Assembly: GCA_012295275.1 (NCBI GenBank)
Contig: CM022670.1
Coordinates: 1 to 64,000, forward strand
Direction: 5' to 3'
DNA length: 64,000 nucleotides
From: Chrysomallon squamiferum
Lineage: Eukaryota > Animalia > Mollusca
A program made the translations under genes and the position numbers. This document shows, in pieces, positions 55,901-64,000 of this stretch. Below the pieces are notes generated by a model. It searched no databases and was not told the origin of the DNA. It saw only the letters and a program-made list of their open reading frames with translations. Positions within the stretch are counted from its first letter, which is position 1. Every line of letters begins with the position of its first letter.

Positions 55901-57044
55901 ATGATTTAAAGATCCTAAATAAAATATACATTATGAACCTGTTTTTTGTTAGTTTTTGGAAAATTTAAATGAGCATAAAAGAATGTGCTAATAAAACATT
56001 ATTTGTTTGTTTATTTATTTATTTATTTTGTTTTATTTTATTTTATTATTTATTATTATTATTGTTGTTGTTTTAATAGTTTTATTTGTATGTTCAAGAG
56101 TGAGCGTCTTTACACTATGAAACATTTAAGTTAAAATTAAAAATGAAAGCTATATAGAATATAACCGTATTTCATAAAGTTTAAAACAATTATGTTGAAA
56201 TTTTAAAAATATATATTGTATAGTATAATTATAATCATATTTCATATTTTTTTAAAGTTTAAAACAATTGTGTTGAAATTTAAAATATAATTATGATCAT
56301 ATTTCATATTCTTTAAAGTTTAAATATATATGTATTTTAAATTATCTCTGCGGTAAGTAAATCTACAATGGTCCTTTTATTTGTTAATAAAATTTAAAAA
56401 AACATTTCTTTCATTTTCAATTATTCAAAATCAGTTGAAAATTTCCATCAAACGACAATCAGCAGAAATATTAATATGCGAAACATTAACAATTAAACAA
56501 ATCATAATGTTTTATTGTGATATGATTTAAAGCAAAAACTATTTCCAAATGTAAAATTTTAAAAATAAATAAATACAAATATATTTATTGAAGATTTTAA
56601 AAATAATTATACAAAAGTCTAGTACGTTCTTCTTTAATTCATTCGGTTAAAAATTATTTTGTGTTTTTATCACTTTGTGTCTGCATTATAACTTCCATAA
56701 ATAAATACAGTAAATATTTTGGTTTCTTTAAACTTACTAAACTTCGCAAAATAAATAAAAACTAAAAACTAATTTAACTTTACCTTCTACTTGTAACAAA
56801 CCAAACAACACAGTCCACAAGCCAAACTGAAAAATAAACTCTGATTATTTACATAACAAAAATAATAAAAATCTATAATGTTAGCTGTTTCAAATAAAAT
56901 TAATTTGCATGTTCAAAATAATTTTATTTCTATCTACATATTGTTAATTTAAATTTTATTTCTAATTTTAATTTTTACTTTAAATTTAATGCATAGGCTA
57001 CATATAATTCATAATCATTATTATATGAAACTTACCGAGTGCAT
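52999..57044 (-). CDS. Type I membrane protein: signal peptide, IgGFc-binding-protein N-terminal domain, EGF, Ser/Thr stalk, TM; 6 exons, 726 aa
   Basis: Exons 57044-57036 (MHS), 56826-56784 (FGLWTVLFGLLQVE), 55875-55677, 55466-54394 (DVTGTQVTSDKPMSLFSGATC…CDHIMEQIPSIDQWGTEF, typical IgGFc_binding motif), 54082-53966 (EGF: CLEQQCMNDATC…CICKPGFKGTLC) and 53738-52999 (S/T-rich stalk, CSCSC, TM). All sites are GT-AG and in phase. Confidence 0.92.
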
Positions 57045-59073
57045 GATTAACGGTTTAAGACAAAATTATATTCCCTTATTAAACTCGAATGTCTTCTGAA
57101 CATTTCCACAACTGCAATGTGTCTATTCGTATCTAATGTGTGTTAAATAATAAACAAAATCATTTATTCATTGACCACCATGTCATTAAATGTATCCACT
57201 ATCACAGTAAAAAAGAAAAAAAAAAAAAAAAGTTTGTTCTCTTTTCAGGGGCAGAAAAGGAGTTTTTATGAGGGGTTGAATGCAAGCCGCTATCATGAAA
57301 AGTGTATTTGTATAAAATGTATTTGATGTTAATGAAATAGCATCTTTCTTCGATCTGTTATCACATTATTTATTCTCATTATTGTCTTTCTTTCTTTTTT
57401 CATTTTCTTTTTTTTCACCTTTCTTTACCTTTTTTTTTTTTTTTTTTTTTTTTAATCACTTTCTTCATGGTCGATATCCATTTTACGCTGATTAGGATTG
57501 CTTTTATTTTTTTTTTTTTTTTTTTTTTGATGTTTTATAATATTACCATGTTGCGTTGGTTTCAGTATTTATCAGTGCTGTTAATGAAATACCAGTTGTT
57601 TCCTCTGTTCTTTATCCATGAACGTTTCAAGAACTTATGTTAAAATATGTATTTTTTACGTTTGAAAAAAAACATTAAGTTTGTGTGTGTGTGTGTGTGT
57701 CATGTGTTTGTCTATGAGAGTGATGTTTAAAAAAAAAAAAAATAAAATAAATAAAAAGTTTGATAAATATTAGGACACTGTAACAAAACTTTAAAGCTTT
57801 TGAGCGTTTTTGATGAATAATTAATTACTTTTAAAACCAAAACTGTACAGTTAACAATGGAACTGGTTAACGGGATATCGGATATCGAAACAAACAACCT
57901 CAGTTGCTTGTAGCATTAATCGTTTCTCTTTGAACAACTTTTCTGTTCAAAGGAAATGCTGAACAGAAAACATGAAGAGATTTTGTCGTGTTATTGATTT
58001 TAAATAATAATCAGTGTCCGTAAACATCTTTTCCACGGATGTTTGTATGTGTGAGTAAAACACAATGTCACATAATAAACTATATGCGTGATCACACGCC
58101 ATTTTTTGAATACTGAGATGACAACATGTATATGTTAAAAAAAAATTAGTAGAACATTTTTCACAATTAACTGAAATGTAAAATTAACATTATGCTCTGA
58201 CTGATGTATGTAAGTCTCAAAAGCTTAAGTTTCGAATTCAGTGCAGCATTTGTCCACCAAGTAGACTTTAAAACTGCGTTTGTTTTTCAAAATCAGTGTT
58301 TTTTCCGAGCTCTGTTTGATAACTGCCTTTTGATAGTAAACAAATTTATTTAACAACTAAATCTGGTATTTAAAGACTACGTTTGGCAATTGCATATTAA
58401 CTGGAATATACAAGTTTTGTAACAAACTAAATCTGATATTTTTTAGTGCTCCATTTAAGAATTATTGTGTTAACAATAAACAATTTTATTTAACAACTAA
58501 ACCTGTTATTTTATTGTCTCTTTCACGTATCTACTTTCCGAAACTTCGTTATTAAATAAAAAAGGATCCATAAAAGAATATGTCCATACTAAATCACAAC
58601 TATTTTGTAAATATCACGAAAACAACAACAAAAACAACAACAAAACTACAAATGAACAAATGAATGCATGATTCTGACAAATTTTGTATTCGAATTTTGA
58701 TACAGTTAATTAAAACAAAAGTAATTTATTTTCATTTTTTCAATAATTTAAGAAATTTAGGGTTACAAAATTTAATTCAATTATTTTCAGAAATATGTTC
58801 GATTTCAACGCTAATTATTTAAAACACAATTTTAAATTCATGTAGAACATCAAATAATCAAAATTTTCAGCTGGTCAAGCCATGGTCTCGAAACAGCATT
58901 AAACTGTGAATTTATTTGAACGATGGATGCCGCATTTTCGAATCACACCTGAACCATAGCTTCTTGAAGCTACTGTTTTAAAACATACATAATCATTTTT
59001 ATTTCGGGCACATTTCAAAATGGAACAAAATGTCAGGTTTAGAACTTTCTGAAACCGCAAAAACGTTAATTAT

Positions 59074-59887
59074 TTAAGGGACAGTTTTATAACGGCACAC
59101 ATTCTCGTCTAGCTGAAGCCATTGTTTCAAATACACCGGCTTGGAAAGGTTCCAGTCACCCGTGGCTTGCGGCTCGTACAGGACAACTTTGTTAGATGGA
59201 TAGTAGCCATATTTCCTCCCTGAGCACCACTTTCCAGAGGATTTGTATCCATGAGAAAAGCCATCTTGATTCGCAGCCAGGATCTGTCGCAGAATCATTC
59301 CTAAATATACAAAGAAAAAGAATTACATTTTTTTTTTTTTTTTTTTTTTTTTAGAAATGTAGTGAAAGAGAGAGGAGGGGAATAAAAAGACAGACAGTCG
59401 GAGAGAAACAGGCAAACGAAAAGTCAGATAAACAGAAATGGATAGAATGACAAAAAGAAAAGTAAATAGACATATTTAGAAGGCAGTCAAAGAGATTAAA
59501 AGACAGAAGATAGATGAATGAACGAGCAGAAATGTACAACATATTTTGATAGCATGAGGCAATATTAGAGACAATTTCACAGAACTAGCAAGAAGACATT
59601 AACAAACATTTGTAATTGCTAAGTTCTGTTGTTATTGTTGTTGTTGTTGCTAATGTTATTATTATTTAACAATCTCACCTCGACGTAGACTGATTTGATT
59701 TTTTTCACACTTTTTGAAGTTGTCTACAGCAATGACAGTGACGTCACACATCAACGAAACGGGAGTGATGTCCCACGTACATAGTCTCGTCACTGCTGTT
59801 TAAAGCCAAAACGTCGTTATTTAAACCTACATACACACACACACACACAAACACACATGTACTATAGATATATATTAACTAGTCTGC

Positions 59888-59944
<57 letters not shown>

Positions 59945-59985
59945 GTCAGTGGAAGTTTTAAGATTTCATTTCTTCACCTTGCTTT

Positions 59986-60019
<34 letters not shown>

Positions 60020-60905
60020 CTGTTGAGTTCTGAATAAACTCAAAACGTTAATATTACTTAAGGCACTGATTAATTTTTTTCACGGATTAATAAGGATTAC
60101 TGATCGATGAAATGTATTTTTGTAAATGTGTTCTGAAATCCACGCCAAACAATTATATGAAAAGACGACAGCCAAGGTTATTGACACGAAATTCGCAATT
60201 ATCTCGCAAGATTATATGTGAACAACATGGTTACCATAAAACATCAATGGTTTTTATTTACGTTTATCTTCCTGTGAACAAAACATTGGTCGTCAATAAG
60301 TAAATGAATACTGCATTAAATAAATACAATAATGTGTAGAAATGTCTATATATTATTGTTGTCAGATGATGGTGGAGGGCTCTTTATGATTGGTCTATCA
60401 AATCACGTGATTTTTGTCTTCCAGCCTAAAGAAATATGACCAGTAGCAATCATATTTTGAAACATGTAATTTTGTCGTTATCAGTCACTTAAAACGACAA
60501 AAATATACGAAATATATATATTCAATGGCGACATTTCTTTTTTACATTAGTAAATTATCCTTCCCTTTAAATACTCTGACCTGGGTGTTTTATTATTACC
60601 TTTGTCGCTTTCTTCACTCACTGTTGTTTCAATTGAAACTGTTGGAGCAGAAACGACTTCCTGTGAATAAAAATTAAAACTTTATTAATTAATTTACTTT
60701 TTTAATCATTACTGTTTTTGTTATTTCTGTTATCATTACACTATTGCATTGTTATTATTGTTGTTATTGTTGTTGTTGTTACCTTTGACAGCACAGATGT
60801 TGTTACGTTTTCCGATATTCTCTGTTTTACAATTTCCTCTGGATTAATACCTTTAATGTCGAGCCACGTGGTACCAAAATGGCTGCCTTTCGTAGCTCTG
60901 TTACT

Positions 60906-60946
<41 letters not shown>

Positions 60947-62242
60947 TGTAATAATAATAATAACTGTAATACCAGTAACAATAACAATGATGATAACAAC
61001 AATAATAATGTATTAAACAAACTACTGTTATTATACCTTGCTTCTTTTTTTAATTTTCTTTATTATTATTATTATTATTATTTTGTTTTATTTATTTATT
61101 TAATTTTCAGTATGGATCCTTTCTGATTAGCAGGTGAGTGTTTTTTTATTTTCATCTTTCGGTGAAAAGACCCCTGTTTCTAACAGATACGTGACGAGGT
61201 AGTCAATGTAATGGAGGAAATTAATTAAACTATAGAAGATTTGATGCCAAAGACGTCAAGTATATAACCAACAGATTTCAGCTATTTGTTTAACTGAGGG
61301 TTTTTTTTGGGGGGGTTTAAATGAAAGTTCCTGATTTCCTGCCGCTAAACAAATATTTGGTTTATAAAAAAGAGCCGAATACTTCTGGACCCAGTCATTA
61401 TCTTCAAATATATATTCTAAGTGGAATGTTCGAATATTTGGTAACCACGGAAACATGAACTAGTTCCTGTAATATACTGTTAGTTCTGACTTTTGTATAG
61501 ATTCGTATCTTTAGAAAATAACTGTTTGAAGATAAATATTAAATAAATAATTATGTATTCGGTGTGAGATATAAACAGAGACTACAAACCAGGTAATTCT
61601 AGGTAGGGCAGTCTCTAGTCTGTCGAGGAAGTCGACTAGGACTGTTTTAAGATGATATAGTTTCCTACACTCGTCTTCTTCATATCGACACATCACATCA
61701 GAGGAACTCTGAAATCACGTCATATAGATTTGTATGTCGTGTGCAAAAGATGTATATGTGGATGTATATATATGTGTGCATGTGTATGTATGTATGTGTG
61801 TATTACTCTATGTATGTATGTGTGTGTGTATATATATATCTGTGTGTGTATGTATGTATGCATGCATGTATGTATGTAAGAACTGTTTGTTTACTTTATA
61901 TCCGGAGATTTTTTAAAGTGTTTAACTATTTGATGAGGGAATAATGTATAAAATAAAATAAAGTAAATAAATACTGAAAGAAAAGAAAAGTGACAGAGTG
62001 CCTGTCCCCTTGTCTGAACTCTATGTTGAAGTTCAAAAGAACGGACTTACCTTGTTTGCATCACTGTCGTTTTTTTCTTCGCCATCTTGAGTTTCCTGTT
62101 TCAAACTGTTCTGATTTTCTCTAAAACAACATTTTTTCTTTATATTTGCTTATTTGCTTATTAAAAGAATATATAATTCTAATAAGAATGAAAATGAATA
62201 AATAAATCAATCAGGGGTTCAGATGTTGAGCTTATTCGAATT

Positions 62243-62303
<61 letters not shown>

Positions 62304-63064
62304 GAATGTGTGTGTGTGCGTGTGTGCGTGTGTGTGTGTGTGTGTGTGTCCGACAAGTATTTCTGGTGTGTAGTTAATTTTAAGTCAAATTACGTTACAC
62401 TATAACATTACTTGATTATAATGTCCAGCATGCCCATCACGGTCTGGTTATGTAACTCTGACCACAGACTTCCGAGGTCGCCTGCCACTGCTCTCAGTTT
62501 CTTTCCCAGACGCCTCATCGTCTTGCTTATGCCGATTTTACGACCGTCTTGAAAAATCATTTCATAATATAACAAATGAAAAGATTAAAGCTCAAATGAA
62601 TAGATTTTTTATATATATGCTAAGTTAAAGCTAACTGCTTATGAAGCCATTTTCTGTAACTTCTATTAATATATATTAAAAAACGTCTGTCACCGTTTCT
62701 GAACAATAATTATATTAAATATAATAGAAAAATAAAATGAAATAGATTACCTCTCAGTAAAATAAATAATCTAATAATTTTATTAATTACTACATCATCA
62801 TCATCATCATCACTGTTGTTGTATTTGTTTGTTTTGTTTATTGATTTTTGTTTTTTGTTTGTTTAATTGTTGTATTTGCTTTTGTTTTATATTATTATTG
62901 CTGGTATTGATTATGTTATTGTTGCTAATGTTGTTGTTAGCTAACGTGTGACTTACTTACTTGTCATAAAAACGCGGGATGCTATGATGTAAGCTTCGGC
63001 TCTTTTGTTTTCCGCATCAACAATCGTCTGACAGGCCTCAGCGAGCATCACAAATTCATTACAC
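59074..63064 (-). CDS. Uncharacterised protein with an N-terminal helical region and a C-terminal SH3-like domain (5' end not found in window)
   Basis: In-phase GT-AG exons 63064-62961, 62547-62412, 62120-62051, 61708-61590, 60903-60783, 60660-60600, 59795-59679 and 59300-59074. C-terminus VIAVDNFKKCEKNQISLRRGMIL…DGFSHG…YGYYPSNKV fits the SH3 pattern (ALYDY…ELSL..GD…GW..G…G.FPSNYV). Confidence 0.8.
59892..59942. repeat. (CT)n microsatellite
   Basis: Perfect CT run. Confidence 0.95.
62246..62349. repeat. (CT)n + (GT)n compound microsatellite
   Basis: Direct inspection. Confidence 0.95.
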
Positions 63065-63334
63065 CTAAATAATAACAATAATAATAATAATAATGGTATG
63101 ATCACGACATGATAATTAAATAAATTTAATTTGTTCTTCATCTATTTAATACTTTAACCTGTCAGATTGATAACCTGTTATCCACAATCCAAAAACACCG
63201 TAATATAATTTTTTATATATTTCTCTGTTTTAAACGCATTCATTTAATTTATTTATTTTTACGCAAGATATTGTTTTAATATGAAAAGGTATTTATCATA
63301 ATACGTATATATTAAATTAATAAGAATACATATA

Positions 63335-64000
63335 TAGTGGTACCTTGACTTACGAGTGCCCCAACTTACGAGTTTTCCGAGATACGATCAGTCGCATGAT
63401 TGAATTTGTGCTTTGAGTTGCGAGCCAAAATCCGAGTTACGAGCGAGTTTCAGATACGCCGCCGTTAGTTGGTGGTACGAACAACACAACATCCGGCCAG
63501 CATCCCGCATCTCACTCGTTTACTTCACGTGGTTTCTCGCCGCGGAAGCATCTCTGCTGTGTTGTGTACGCGTTTTGTGCAGTATTTTGCCAAATTTCGT
63601 TTTTCTGTACATGGATCCTAAGAATATGAGTACAAAGTACAGTGCTGAGAAGAAGAATCGGATGATGATAATTGAATTAAAGAATGAAATCATAGAAAAA
63701 CATGACCGAGGTGTGCATGTAGTCGATTTGGCTAGGTAGTACGAGCGTAGTACCATACAGAAGCAGTAGAAGGCCAGCCAAAGGCGTTAAAATAATGTCT
63801 GATCTCCAAGATAAATACACTTTACAAAACCAATTTATTTCTTTACATTCTCTTTTATTTTATTTTATATTTTTATATATATATAATATTTGTCATTTAT
63901 AAATACATTTTTCTTATATAAAAACACATTACAAAAAAATTGGTGCGGTTTGGGGGGACTGGAACGGATTAATGGTATTTCAATTAATTTCAGTTGGGAA
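63335..64000 (+). mobile_element. Internally deleted Tigger/pogo-type element, copy 2 (opposite orientation, runs off window end)
   Basis: TA then TAGTGGTACCTTGACTTACGAG TIR. Collinear with the reverse complement of 10094-10865. Remnant MDPKNMSTKYSAEKKNRMMIIELKNEIIEKHDRGVHVVDLAR*. Same downstream junction GATCTCCAAGATAAATACAC as copy 1. Confidence 0.9.

Noticed and set aside
61256-61456. ORF MFPWLPNIRTFHLEY… as an exon of the SH3 gene
   Set aside because: The flanking exons join in phase without it, and its best acceptor gives stops in all frames.

Overview
AT-rich, intron-containing animal DNA, most likely a mollusc or other lophotrochozoan (inferred from the gene content; the TTAGGG repeat is consistent with this). 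It is not prokaryotic. Positions 1-6050 are about 16 tandem copies of a ~375-bp CpG-rich, palindrome-rich satellite. This is followed by ~1 kb of degenerate A/C-rich sequence and a short (TAACCC)n array at 7076-7232, oriented like a left chromosome end. Five protein-coding genes were reconstructed by hand from splice sites: ZCCHC10 (minus strand, ~29-kb first intron), Mis18 (minus, with an apparent non-canonical TT donor), an ankyrin-repeat/SOCS-box gene with one coding exon (plus, head-to-head with Mis18), a 726-aa IgGFc-binding-domain/EGF/mucin-stalk type I membrane protein (minus), and the 3' part of a helical-domain + SH3 gene (minus). There are also two copies of an internally deleted Tigger/pogo element, a TA-flanked MITE and many microsatellites. 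Almost all other ORFs in the supplied track are artefacts of repeats. No database searches were run; homology calls come from recognised motifs.
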